64,000 bases of DNA from a virus (IMGVR_UViG_3300020045_009164:1-64000); one strand, 5' to 3'. Positions 34,504 through 43,500 are shown, counted from the first letter of the stretch. Translations and numbers: made by a program. Notes: generated by a model not told the origin, from the sequence alone.

Positions 34504-36608
34504 AATCAATAGAGATTTTCAATTTCGGGGCTATCAAATACAAGAAGCTGGATTTCGTGGATGGCCTCGTGGTGGTCAGAGGAGCGAATGAACAGGGTAA
34601 ATCTACTACAGTTATCCAGGCACCTTTGTACGCCTTCTTCGGTTCAAGTACATTGGACTCAAGCCTCGACTTCGTAGTCCATCACAACGAGCCAGTCAAC
34701 AGCCTCAAGGTAATAGTCAAGTACGGACCTTACACAGTTAGTCGTACAAAATCAAGTGCCTCAGTTATTGGGCCAGGAGTAGCTATATCTGGTCAGAAAG
34801 AGGTGAGTGACTTCTTCTACTCTCTCTTTGGAATATTCAAAGGCACAGAAACTATGGTGCTTGTGTCAGAACAAGGAGACACTGCGGGCGTGATCAAGCG
34901 CAAAAACGGGGAGATAACTTCATTTATTGAGGATATAGCTGGCTTCGACCAAATAGAGATGCTTCTTGACAGAATCAAAGAGACCTACCCAACTGGAAAT
35001 GACAAGGCTCTTAAAGCCCAGCTGGAAAATCTCGAAGCTGAAAAGACTCGGTATCAGCAAGAAGAATTACCGGATATGGCCTTACTCACATTGGAGAAAG
35101 AGCTGGCCGCTGATAAGGCTCTCATACATGAGGCCAACGTCAGTGCTAAGAGAGCAGCCATAAAGATCCTGGAAGAGGAACTCAAGAAGGTTGAGTTGTC
35201 CAACCAGAGTATCGAAGCTCTGGCCAAAGCTGTCAGTACCAAGAAGTCAGAGATCAAGTATTCAACTGCGGCGTTGGTATTAGCTGAGATGGAGCTAGAG
35301 AGGGTCCCCACGTTTGAAATGGGCGAGGTTGAATATGCTAGCAACTTCATAGACGACTTCCCTGCCCTGGAAAAAAGATACAAAGCCTACCAATGGGTGA
35401 GTAGCCTGAAGCCAGCTGAGGCTGTCTGGGATGAGTCTGAGGAGGCATTGGTCAAAGTTATAACAGGGTTAAACAAAAACATAGTCAAGGCCAGGGAACT
35501 TATTGCCAGTACTGAAGGAGAAATAAAAACCCTAAAGAAGGGTATCCAGGTGGATACAGTTTGTACCAAGTGTGGTACAGACGTGAAGGATAAGGTTGAG
35601 GCAATTAATAAGGAGATTGATGAAGATATAGGTTTCTTGGAGAGTAAGATAAGAAGTTACAGGCTAGCTCTACAGGGAGATGAGGAGGAGAAGTTGGTCC
35701 TTGATCAGATCCTTGCTGCTCACCAAAAGCTGGAAAGAGAGTTTAAACTCCATGAAGAGTATGTGTCTGCTGATTGTGAACTCATACCTCACACCTACTC
35801 GCTAGACGGTGACATACCAACAGAGCCTAGCTTACAGGAATTGAAAGACTCTAGGCAGCTTGTGTTTGATCACCAGAAGTCGGTATTCAACTCTGCTACT
35901 TGTAAAGCAGTCATCAAGGAGAAGACTTCTGCTATAGACAGACTTAAGGCAGAGCTAGCAGAAAAAGAACTGGAGCTAAAAGACGCTGGAGAGGTTCAGG
36001 ACCTGACCGAAAAGCGAAAGGAGATATTTGATGAGGAGATAAAATTAAAGAAGTTGTCACAAGCCCAGACAGAACTCAACACCCAACTCCTGAACAAAGA
36101 GAAAGAGATTGTGGCTGCTGAGGCTAAGATATCCACCAATAAGAAGAATATTGAACGTGTTGTAGCTTCAATAATTCAAACTGAGTCGGACCTTAGAGTT
36201 GAGGATCGTAATGGCAAGATCGTAAAATCGGTCAGAGACGCGAAGCCGAAGGTATTAAATCAGATATGGGGAAGAGTTCTCGACTACACCCAACAGGCTT
36301 TCTCTGAGATGAGGGGAGTTGAGTCAAAGGTTGAAAGGTCTGAGAAAGGATTTCTAACGGACGGCAGACCTGTGTCCCGTTTGTCTGGAAGCGCCAAGTC
36401 TATACTCGGTGTATCTTTGAGAGCAGCAGTCAGAGACATCTTTGCTCCTACATGTGGCTTCATGATATATGATGAACCCTTCGGGGACATGGACGAGGAG
36501 AGGACTGCTTCAGCACTAGCAGCAATACAAACTATAAGAGGGCAGAAGTTTATTGTGACTCATGAGAGTCAGTCGGAGATGGCCGCAGATCAGGTAGTAG
36601 AAATCTAG
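34494..36608 (+). CDS. SbcC/Rad50-like SMC ATPase
   Basis: Walker A GANEQGKST; coiled coils with central CTKC hook; LSGS signature; IYDEP Walker B. Confidence 0.9.
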   Translation: MYIESIEIFNFGAIKYKKLDFVDGLVVVRGANEQGKSTTVIQAPLYAFFGSSTLDSSLDFVVHHNEPVNSLKVIVKYGPYTVSRTKSSASVIGPGVAISGQKEVSDFFYSLFGIFKGTETMVLVSEQGDTAGVIKRKNGEITSFIEDIAGFDQIEMLLDRIKETYPTGNDKALKAQLENLEAEKTRYQQEELPDMALLTLEKELAADKALIHEANVSAKRAAIKILEEELKKVELSNQSIEALAKAVSTKKSEIKYSTAALVLAEMELERVPTFEMGEVEYASNFIDDFPALEKRYKAYQWVSSLKPAEAVWDESEEALVKVITGLNKNIVKARELIASTEGEIKTLKKGIQVDTVCTKCGTDVKDKVEAINKEIDEDIGFLESKIRSYRLALQGDEEEKLVLDQILAAHQKLEREFKLHEEYVSADCELIPHTYSLDGDIPTEPSLQELKDSRQLVFDHQKSVFNSATCKAVIKEKTSAIDRLKAELAEKELELKDAGEVQDLTEKRKEIFDEEIKLKKLSQAQTELNTQLLNKEKEIVAAEAKISTNKKNIERVVASIIQTESDLRVEDRNGKIVKSVRDAKPKVLNQIWGRVLDYTQQAFSEMRGVESKVERSEKGFLTDGRPVSRLSGSAKSILGVSLRAAVRDIFAPTCGFMIYDEPFGDMDEERTASALAAIQTIRGQKFIVTHESQSEMAADQVVEI

Positions 36609-36620
36609 AGGGAGAAAGAA

Positions 36621-36830
36621 ATGAAAACACAAGAGGACGACTCAAAGGTACTTGCTTCCCTACGCTACGTACTGGACATGACAGATTGTAGTGATTGGCA
36701 CCTAATTCATAATACTGCTAGAAAGTATGTGCAAGATGGAATACTCAGTAAAAGTGGTGAGATAATGTATAGTGAAATTGTGGACAATATGTTGAAGGTC
36801 AGGTTTCCTGATCAGACAGCGGAGACTTAA
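36621..36830 (+). CDS. hypothetical protein
   Basis: GGGAG RBS. Confidence 0.7.
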   Translation: MKTQEDDSKVLASLRYVLDMTDCSDWHLIHNTARKYVQDGILSKSGEIMYSEIVDNMLKVRFPDQTAET

Positions 36831-36840
36831 TACAAAAGTA

Positions 36841-36869
36841 TTGACAAAGTATTAATCTTAATGTATATG
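36841..36869 (+). promoter_or_regulatory. sigma70-type promoter
   Basis: TTGACA-17-TATATG. Confidence 0.7.
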
Positions 36870-36874
36870 TTTTC

Positions 36875-36980
36875 CTATCTCTGTGGCAAAAGACTCTCAT
36901 CGGGCTGCGGTGTAGTAAGTCCTGCAAACCTGGAGCGGATAGTCCGTTCCAGGTTTTCTTTTATGTAAGAGCAGAGATGG
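36875..36980 (+). ncRNA. candidate ~106 nt structured RNA upstream of RHH-tnpB
   Basis: Closing stem CTATCTCTG/CAGAGATGG; internal hairpins including the 14 bp AAACCTGGAGCGGA/TCCGTTCCAGGTTT; starts 5 nt after the -10 box. Confidence 0.5.
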
Positions 36981-37022
36981 ATTAACAAAGTAGTTGTAAT
37001 AAGAGTGCAATAGGAGTATGAT

Positions 37023-37193
37023 ATGCGCATGAGAAAAAAGAATACTTATTTTTCAATTATACAGTTGAAGCTACTGGAGGGGTTAGCGGAGGTCACTGGT
37101 ATCACAGTTGCTGAACACATACGCAGGGCTGTTGACCTGTATTTAAAGGAACAGAATGTATCTATCTCACAAAATAGAACTAAGACCTACTAA
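37023..37193 (+). CDS. ribbon-helix-helix DNA-binding protein, 56 aa
   Basis: MRMRKKNTYFSIIQLKLLEGLAEVTGITVAEHIRRAVDLYL...; overlaps the tnpB start by 38 nt. Confidence 0.8.
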   Translation: MRMRKKNTYFSIIQLKLLEGLAEVTGITVAEHIRRAVDLYLKEQNVSISQNRTKTY

Positions 37194-38253
37194 AGAACAA
37201 GAAGAATTTTTGAAGAAATCTTGTGGAGTAAAAAGATTTGTTTGGAACGCTTGCTTGAATGAATGGAATAAAGCCTACAAACTAGGCTTCAAGCCAGATG
37301 AAGATTATATCAGGTTCTACTTAAAGGTTTTGCGAGATAAACACCCGTGGATAGGTGAAGTTTCAAGCAAAGTTTACTATTCTTGTATAGCAGATCTAAA
37401 GGGTGCTTTTGTAAAGATGTTTAAGAAGCAAGCAAAGTACCCAAGGTTTAAGAAGAAAGGTCAAAGAGATTCTTTTACTATAAGCCAAAAAGAAGTGTTC
37501 AATGTTAACGGGAGGAGGCTGAAACTTCCTCGCTTAAATAAGACAATACTTATGAGGGAGTGTACACGGTTTAAGGGTGAGGTAAGATCATGTACGGTGG
37601 CTAGCATTGGTGGGAAGTGGTTTGTGTCAGTGTTGGTTAAGTTGAGTAGTAACCCATTCCTGAATAAATTTCCTGGCGAAAACCAAGTTGGGATTGATTT
37701 AGGTATAAAAGAAATGGCCGTCCTGTCAAATGGGGAGGTTTTTAAAGCTAACCAACCACTGAAAAATGAGTTAAAAAGACTGGCCAAACTACAGAGGTCT
37801 TTGGCTAAGAAAGAGAAAGGGAGTAACAGATGGGAGAGTAATAAGAAAAAGATTTCTAAGTTGTATAGGCGAGTGTCTAATAAGAGGTCTGCTGTCATCA
37901 ATGAATTTACAGACTACGTGACAAAGACCTTCAATAGGATTGTGATTGAGGATCTTAATATTGCTGGTATGATTAAGAATCATAATTTGTCCAGAGCATT
38001 GAGCGATGTGTCTTTATCAGAAATAAGAAGACAATTTTATTACAAGTCTGTTGCTAGACATGGTGAGTTGGTAATAGCCAATAGATTTTTTCCAAGCTCT
38101 AAAATATGTAGCAAGTGCGGCAGTATTGATAAAGATTTAACTCTAAATGATAGAGTTTATAAGTGCAGTTGTGGTTTAGTGATGGATCGTGACCTCAACG
38201 CTGCTATAAACCTGTTAAACTACAGTCCTGGACAGATTCAAGCCGGACTCTAA
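37156..38253 (+). CDS. tnpB: TnpB RNA-guided endonuclease (IS607/IS605-type), RuvC triad intact
   Basis: HKIELRPT N-terminus; GIDLG, VIEDL and DRDLNAA; CSKC/CSC zinc finger; no tnpA nearby. Confidence 0.92.
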   Translation: MYLSHKIELRPTKEQEEFLKKSCGVKRFVWNACLNEWNKAYKLGFKPDEDYIRFYLKVLRDKHPWIGEVSSKVYYSCIADLKGAFVKMFKKQAKYPRFKKKGQRDSFTISQKEVFNVNGRRLKLPRLNKTILMRECTRFKGEVRSCTVASIGGKWFVSVLVKLSSNPFLNKFPGENQVGIDLGIKEMAVLSNGEVFKANQPLKNELKRLAKLQRSLAKKEKGSNRWESNKKKISKLYRRVSNKRSAVINEFTDYVTKTFNRIVIEDLNIAGMIKNHNLSRALSDVSLSEIRRQFYYKSVARHGELVIANRFFPSSKICSKCGSIDKDLTLNDRVYKCSCGLVMDRDLNAAINLLNYSPGQIQAGL

Positions 38254-38356
38254 ACTTGCACAGAAGAGTAGACAGGTTGCTGTTTATGTTGACGCTGTGA
38301 ATAATGACCTAAGTTTAGGAAAATTTAATGAATCAGATGAAATCCTGTAAGCCCAC
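38224..38356 (+). ncRNA. TnpB omega-RNA (scaffold plus inferred guide)
   Basis: Overlaps the tnpB 3' end; stems AGTCC(T)GG/CCGGACT, CACAG/CTGTG enclosing AGACAG/CTGTTT, and CCTAA/TTAGG. The scaffold-guide boundary near 38336 is inferred. Confidence 0.6.
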
Positions 38357-38420
38357 CACCATGCTTATGTAAATAATGGTATTTGATACTAAACAAAATT
38401 TTAACTGGAGGAGAAAGAAA

Positions 38421-39758
38421 GTGAAACAAGTCTTGGATAGTATAAACCAGATAGCAGCAGTAGGTAGTACCAAAGCCAAGTCAGCGATCATCAAGCAGCA
38501 CTTGCCAGGAAATGAGTTGTTCCAGAAGGTAGTCAAGTATGCTCTGGATCAGAACAAGTCTTTCAATGTGACTGAGTTGGTCACAGGCAAACCCATTACA
38601 CAAGTTTATGTGGGGGAGATATTCAAAAAGTTGGATGACTTAGACTCCAAAAGAGGAGCCACAGATAAAGACATTCAAGAGTTGTCCAATCTAGCAGCCT
38701 CATTTGATGGGGGTTATGAAATAGTCACTAAGATAATACAGAAAGATCTCAAGTGTGGGTGTGGAGCCAAGGCTTTCAATGACGTAATGCCTGGACTGGT
38801 CTTTGAAGTTCCCTACCAGCGGTTCTCCAGCTTTAAGGCAATTGATAAAATAGATTTTGAGAGTGACACTGTAATTGCTCAGATAAAATATGACGGAACC
38901 TTCGCATACCTCATGCCAGATGGTTCATTCTTGTCTCGCAACGGCAGTAGCTACTCTCTCAATGGCGCCATAGAAAGATCTGAAGAATGGATCTCCGGCC
39001 TTGGTGATTATCTTATCTGGATGGGCGAGCTTCTAGTCCTTGGGCCTGATGGTAAGTTCCTCCCGAGGAAAACTGGGAATGGAATCATCAACAAGTTCAT
39101 TTCAGGTGAAGGTGATGGGGCCAACAGAGATAAGGTGAGGTACATCACCTGGGGGTGTATCACTGTCGAGGATTTCAACAGAGGCTATTCTAGTACCACA
39201 TATTTGGAGATGTTGGACACAATTCTGCCATTTCATCAGCATATTAAAGGAAGTAAGATCCAATTCTCCAAATCAGAATTTGTTAAAACTAAGGAAGAAG
39301 CCCTTGCCTTCTATAAGCGATGTAGGGAGCGGAAAGAAGAAGGAGCAATGGTCAAGGTAATCAACAAGCTCAAGTGGAAAGATGAGTCTTCAGGTAGCAA
39401 GTTTGGAGTGAAGTTGAAGCCTGTAGCTGAGGCAGAGTTCGTGATTGTTGATGCCTACCACGGGGACAAGAAAGGCAAGTATGCTTCAGCCTTAGGTGGG
39501 CTGGTTGTTAAGACCCAAGATGACAGGATACTCACCAAGATTGGCGGTGGCTTCTCAGACGAGGAGCGGTTCCTTGGAGTGGATTGGTGGAAGTCTCAGG
39601 TGGGCAGAATCATCACTGCTGAGTTCACTGGAATCACCACTGACAAATCATCCAGAGAAACCTTCTGCCTGGAACATTCAAGATTCTCAGAACTCAGGCA
39701 CGATAAAACTGAGGCTGATTCCTATAACTATTGCTTAGAGGCTGTGAACAATGCTTAG
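38421..39758 (+). CDS. ATP-dependent DNA ligase
   Basis: QIKYDG (KxDG), GELLV, EGAMVK, VKLKP and an OB-fold C-terminus; GTG start with GGAGG RBS. Confidence 0.9.
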   Translation: MKQVLDSINQIAAVGSTKAKSAIIKQHLPGNELFQKVVKYALDQNKSFNVTELVTGKPITQVYVGEIFKKLDDLDSKRGATDKDIQELSNLAASFDGGYEIVTKIIQKDLKCGCGAKAFNDVMPGLVFEVPYQRFSSFKAIDKIDFESDTVIAQIKYDGTFAYLMPDGSFLSRNGSSYSLNGAIERSEEWISGLGDYLIWMGELLVLGPDGKFLPRKTGNGIINKFISGEGDGANRDKVRYITWGCITVEDFNRGYSSTTYLEMLDTILPFHQHIKGSKIQFSKSEFVKTKEEALAFYKRCRERKEEGAMVKVINKLKWKDESSGSKFGVKLKPVAEAEFVIVDAYHGDKKGKYASALGGLVVKTQDDRILTKIGGGFSDEERFLGVDWWKSQVGRIITAEFTGITTDKSSRETFCLEHSRFSELRHDKTEADSYNYCLEAVNNA

Positions 39759-39936
39759 AGTTGAAATCACAGTTGATATTTTAAAGAGAACGCCCATGGC
39801 TATCCTGGTTGATGACGGTGACGTACAGGAATGGATACCTCTCAGCCTTATTGAAGAGGAGCCTGAGAAAGGTGATGTGTTGGGTGTGGAGATCTCTATT
39901 CCTGAATGGCTGGCTATTGATAAGGGGTTTGTATGA
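39751..39936 (+). CDS. conserved small phage protein (WIPLS...IPEWLA)
   Basis: Recognisable motif. Confidence 0.8.
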   Translation: MLRVEITVDILKRTPMAILVDDGDVQEWIPLSLIEEEPEKGDVLGVEISIPEWLAIDKGFV

Positions 39937-40154
39937 GAATCAATATAGGAGAGGTGCTGTGTCCTCAATGTACTTTCATGAAGCAAACAGGAGTGACGCC
40001 AGAGATGATGGGTAGACCATCAAAGCCTATAATGTACTGCCAAGCTCCTTATCCAGTTTACTGTAGACCTGCCATCGGTTTGAGTGAGCATGGCTTCCCC
40101 ATAATTGGAACTGTAATAGGATCAGGCTGTGACCTGTTTGAGGCAAAGAAATGA
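39933..40154 (+). CDS. Cys-containing hypothetical protein
   Basis: ATGA overlaps. Confidence 0.7.
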   Translation: MRINIGEVLCPQCTFMKQTGVTPEMMGRPSKPIMYCQAPYPVYCRPAIGLSEHGFPIIGTVIGSGCDLFEAKK

Positions 40155-40318
40155 AAGACTTACTAGCTAAAATAACTGAAGTGAAAGATCTAGCTTCCAA
40201 CATCGGGAGGACAGCCAAGATACCACCAAAGGACCATGAAAGGATCTTGGAGGTCTATGGATGTTTAGTGTTGGCCGAGAAGAGATTGAAGAGTTTGATG
40301 GAGGTGGAGGTTGACTGA
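40151..40318 (+). CDS. hypothetical protein (55 aa)
   Basis: ATGA overlap; fills the gap. Confidence 0.65.
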   Translation: MKDLLAKITEVKDLASNIGRTAKIPPKDHERILEVYGCLVLAEKRLKSLMEVEVD

Positions 40319-40625
40319 CTCAAAAGATAAGAAGTATGATGAAGGAAAACCAATGGTGGGCCTGATGAAGAAGGACTTCTCAAGGGCGTTGTTAGCAGTA
40401 GCTGAAGTAACTACCTATGGAGTGAAGAAGTATAACCAACCAGGATCTTGGAGACTGGTTGAGAACGGCTTGGATAGGTATGAAGATGCTCTTGGAAGGC
40501 ATGACTTGAATATGTCGTCTGAAGAATATGACCAAGAGTCTGGTCTTCTCCATGCTGCACACAGAGCATGGAATGCTCTTGCTACCCTTGAGCTTCTACT
40601 AACTCCCTCCTCTTCATCCAAGTAG
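40311..40625 (+). CDS. dATP/dGTP diphosphohydrolase-like protein (DUF5664 pattern)
   Basis: KYDEGKP...TYGVKKY...W...RH...DQESGLLHAAHRAWNAL. Confidence 0.8.
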   Translation: MTDSKDKKYDEGKPMVGLMKKDFSRALLAVAEVTTYGVKKYNQPGSWRLVENGLDRYEDALGRHDLNMSSEEYDQESGLLHAAHRAWNALATLELLLTPSSSSK

Positions 40626-42378
40626 ATTGATTAAAAATATCAGGGTATTTCTCTTTCATAAACTGCCAAAGAGGGATTCCCTGATATTTCCTACAAAGAA
40701 AATCTAGGCTCACCTCACTCAACATGTAGTCTCCATCATGGACTTCATGGAGAAGGAAGATGGCTCTCATCTCACCGTTCGCCTGTGGTCCCCGGTACTC
40801 CTCATCATGTAGGTAGCAGCTTGACGCCACTAAACCTCTGATAGTCTTACCAGTGTTGAGGAACCTACTTCCTACGAGGTAGGTCTGCTGATGCCCTTGT
40901 ACAAATGTAAAACTCAAATTTTTCAACCTAGTGTCAATTGAATATCCGCTGTAAGGTCTACCCGAAAGGGGGTTACAAAAGTAGTGGCTGTAGCTAACCC
41001 CATCTATAGTAACTATCTCTAGGAAAGGATGGACTTTCCAACCGAAGTCCTCATAGCCAAGATCCTTGATAGACATGAAGCCTTCAAGTGACGGATCAGA
41101 TTCTACAGCTCTAGTTATCCTACAGTTACCAGAAAAAATTGGTTTGTTGTCTCTTCTGATCATAAGAGTTTCGTTATCAACAACAGCACACCAAACTTTA
41201 CCAGTGTAATGTATTCTTTTCTTAAGAAATTTTTCAACTCTGCATTTAGTGGCCTTGGTTATATTCACCCTAAAGTGAGTGGGCCTGTATTCAGATATCG
41301 TAGCCCTGTATCCCTTAGTAATGCACAGTGCCTGTAGACTTTCGCATATTTCCTTCCTACCATAAAATACTCTTGAGTCAGTGGCTCTAGTTGGTATAGA
41401 CCCATCACAAAATATTAGAGTTTCTAAAAACACTTCAAACTGTTTTTGGTTCAGATTAAAAGCCCAGGGTGGCATTAGTTTGTTGTTATCTGGACACCAG
41501 TTAGGTCTTGTCATGTAGAATTCAAAAGCAACTTTAGCTCTGGCCTTTAGTTTTTTCCCACAAATATGAGTTATGTTCCTATCTCTTTCCTTTTCGTCAA
41601 AATCTACACCAGCTTCTAATATTATATTTCTAATGTGGTTTGCCTTCTCTCCAGATTGGTAAAAAGTTAGCCTTCTACTTAGTCCGTGGTGGGAGTCAGT
41701 CAAAGCTACAGCAGAAAATCTTATCTGTTCAAGGGACAGAGACACCCCATTACCAGAGGGAGCGCTAACAAACTGGTCACAAGCTGAAGGGCAGTCTTTG
41801 GCCATCCCTTCATGCATTTTAGTCCCTTCATTGTTAGTCCAGATAACTCTGTGATTAGGAGTCACACACATACTGACTGTTCTTGAGTGATGTATTAGCA
41901 TCTCTCCATTGTAGTCATTACATATAATCTCTTTTACTGGTTGCCACTCCCCACTCTGATTCTTTCTTATGGTGTATACCAATTCCCCTACCTGAAGTTC
42001 AGAGAATAGTTTCCATCCAGACTCAGTTAGTATCTCTGTTGCTGTATCATAACACTCATGGTTGCCTAACACTAGGCGCATCTCAGGCTTATACAGCTTA
42101 TGTTTCTGCCCTTCCATCTTGGAGTTGTAATTCTTGAGTGGCCTTAACAGCAACTCCATCCCCTCTTTAGCAGCCTCTATATCTTTCTTATACCGCTTTC
42201 CTTCGGCTCTGAGCTTTCCTTTGTCGTAGCTAGACAGGCTTTCCATATCAGCGAAGTCACCCAGATCAACGATAACATCTGGCTTCTTCTCAACTATGTA
42301 CTGGCCTATCCATGAGAGGTGGTCTTTTGGGGAGGTGGGTGTTACTTGAGTGTCAGGTATGACTAAATGTTTCCTCAT
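40582..42378 (-). CDS. calcineurin-like metallophosphoesterase precursor containing an intein
   Basis: PDTQ, GDFAD, GNHE, SHY and GHQQ motifs; about 288 aa after removing the intein. Confidence 0.88.
   Translation of the reverse strand: MRKHLVIPDTQVTPTSPKDHLSWIGQYIVEKKPDVIVDLGDFADMESLSSYDKGKLRAEGKRYKKDIEAAKEGMELLLRPLKNYNSKMEGQKHKLYKPEMRLVLGNHECYDTATEILTESGWKLFSELQVGELVYTIRKNQSGEWQPVKEIICNDYNGEMLIHHSRTVSMCVTPNHRVIWTNNEGTKMHEGMAKDCPSACDQFVSAPSGNGVSLSLEQIRFSAVALTDSHHGLSRRLTFYQSGEKANHIRNIILEAGVDFDEKERDRNITHICGKKLKARAKVAFEFYMTRPNWCPDNNKLMPPWAFNLNQKQFEVFLETLIFCDGSIPTRATDSRVFYGRKEICESLQALCITKGYRATISEYRPTHFRVNITKATKCRVEKFLKKRIHYTGKVWCAVVDNETLMIRRDNKPIFSGNCRITRAVESDPSLEGFMSIKDLGYEDFGWKVHPFLEIVTIDGVSYSHYFCNPLSGRPYSGYSIDTRLKNLSFTFVQGHQQTYLVGSRFLNTGKTIRGLVASSCYLHDEEYRGPQANGEMRAIFLLHEVHDGDYMLSEVSLDFLCRKYQGIPLWQFMKEKYPDIFNQSTWMKRRELVEAQG
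41125..42054 (-). mobile_element. intein (310 aa) with LAGLIDADG-type endonuclease region
   Basis: Starts CYDTATEILT right after GNHE; block B VTPNHRV; ETLIFCDGS; ends YTGKVWC...IFSGN followed by Cys+1. Confidence 0.9.
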
Positions 42379-42385
42379 CTAAGCC

Positions 42386-42422
42386 TCCAGTAGTATTTGT
42401 TTGTTAGACTTATACTACTGGA
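42386..42422 (-). promoter_or_regulatory. 11 bp hairpin overlapping the RBS of the phosphoesterase-intein gene
   Basis: mRNA reads TCCAGTAGTAT...ATACTACTGGA-GGCTTAG-ATG; the GGA of GGAGG is paired. Confidence 0.65.
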
Positions 42423-42444
42423 TTTACTGTGAGAAATCAATTAA

Positions 42445-42942
42445 TTAGATGTAATCAAGAAGGTCTGAGGCTCTATTAATCCAGCCAGTTATAAAACCTC
42501 GCTGGCTAGGATCTCTAGAGATGAGTTTAGAGTATCTTCTCATACGGTTGGAAACAATCTTGCCAGCTATGTTGTAAGGGTTACAACTCTCCAGCTTGGC
42601 CAGAGTGACTGGACCAATAACCCCGTCAACACCAATGTTGTCTCCCTGGGAGTTGATAGCCTTCTGGAGCCAGATAGCTCCTGAACCTACGCCGCAGTTG
42701 ACTGAGGAGTCAAATACAGCGATGGCTATGGGTGTAGGCATGAGGTGGCATTTATTCTTCAGCCAGTAGTCTCTAATGTAGATTTCATCAGCCTGTTCAA
42801 GAGTTAGGTTGGCTATATCCACATCAGGATACTGTTTCTTACATATGCCAAAACGGGTGAGACCTCCACGATCATTGACATCGTAACTGGTCCCACCTTC
42901 GTGGTCGTACATGAATTTAAATGCTAGGGTTTTTGAGTCCAC
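42445..42942 (-). CDS. endolysin, glycoside hydrolase family 108 with PG-binding domain
   Basis: HEGG..D..DRGGLTRFGI; FDSSVNCG; VDGVIGPVT; GWINRA. Confidence 0.9.
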   Translation of the reverse strand: MDSKTLAFKFMYDHEGGTSYDVNDRGGLTRFGICKKQYPDVDIANLTLEQADEIYIRDYWLKNKCHLMPTPIAIAVFDSSVNCGVGSGAIWLQKAINSQGDNIGVDGVIGPVTLAKLESCNPYNIAGKIVSNRMRRYSKLISRDPSQRGFITGWINRASDLLDYI

Positions 42943-43238
42943 TACGCCAGAACCTCGTAGCCAAGGTAGGCATTAGCAACTGTGACTGGCTTAACAATCC
43001 TATAGACTCCAGGGGCTGGCAACTTTACAGTGTTAGGTATAGCTGAGAGTACAACAGGGCCGCTCTCATTCATGTAGGCGTGGTAAGAAGTAGAAGGTCC
43101 GAGCCTAAAGACCTGGGCCACCTCTCCGACTCCGAAGCCATCTGCTGTGACCAAGGTGTCCTTAGTAGCCGGGATGTCTGTGGCTGCTGCTATTGCTACA
43201 GCCGTTTTTACACCATTAACTATTACTGTTATCGCCAT
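42942..43238 (-). CDS. hypothetical protein
   Basis: Tandem ORF in the lysis region. Confidence 0.75.
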   Translation of the reverse strand: MAITVIVNGVKTAVAIAAATDIPATKDTLVTADGFGVGEVAQVFRLGPSTSYHAYMNESGPVVLSAIPNTVKLPAPGVYRIVKPVTVANAYLGYEVLA

Positions 43239-43500
43239 TGAGAACTCCCTTTATCCAGAAAAATATTCCAACTGTAGAGGTACTAAGGTAAGCCCCAACA
43301 GCTATTGACTTTAAACCTATATATTTTAGAAGTGAATTGGCTCTGCCAGCTCTATTCCAGATTCCTGCGGCTAGAGCCAAGTCACTCTTTAATTTCAAAA
43401 TAAAACTACCAACTCTGTAAGCAGCGTCATGATCATAACAGAGATCACTAATATCAACCCCTAGGGGCTTATCCCAAAACCACGTACAGTAATCAGCCAA
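43216..43500 (-). CDS. phospholipase A2-like protein
   Basis: DYCT.F.D...CYDHDAAY...KSD fits the DxC...CxxHDxxY...D pattern. Confidence 0.55.
   Translation of the reverse strand: MADYCTWFWDKPLGVDISDLCYDHDAAYRVGSFILKLKSDLALAAGIWNRAGRANSLLKYIGLKSIAVGAYLSTSTVGIFFWIKGVLNGDNSNS

Noticed and set aside
36875-36980. tRNA or c-di-GMP-I riboswitch (cloverleaf shape; GGCAAA...GCAAA)
   Set aside because: No TTCRA T-loop, D-loop or CCA end; it lacks the GNRA tetraloop/receptor and the GACGCAAA context of the riboswitch.
37023-38336. Complete autonomous IS607/IS605 element
   Set aside because: No Y1 or serine transposase ORF is present, and the left end could not be defined.
40311-40625. Z-base (2-aminoadenine) or other modified-base pathway
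   Set aside because: No PurZ, DatZ or other modification enzymes were recognised in the window; this domain is widespread on its own.
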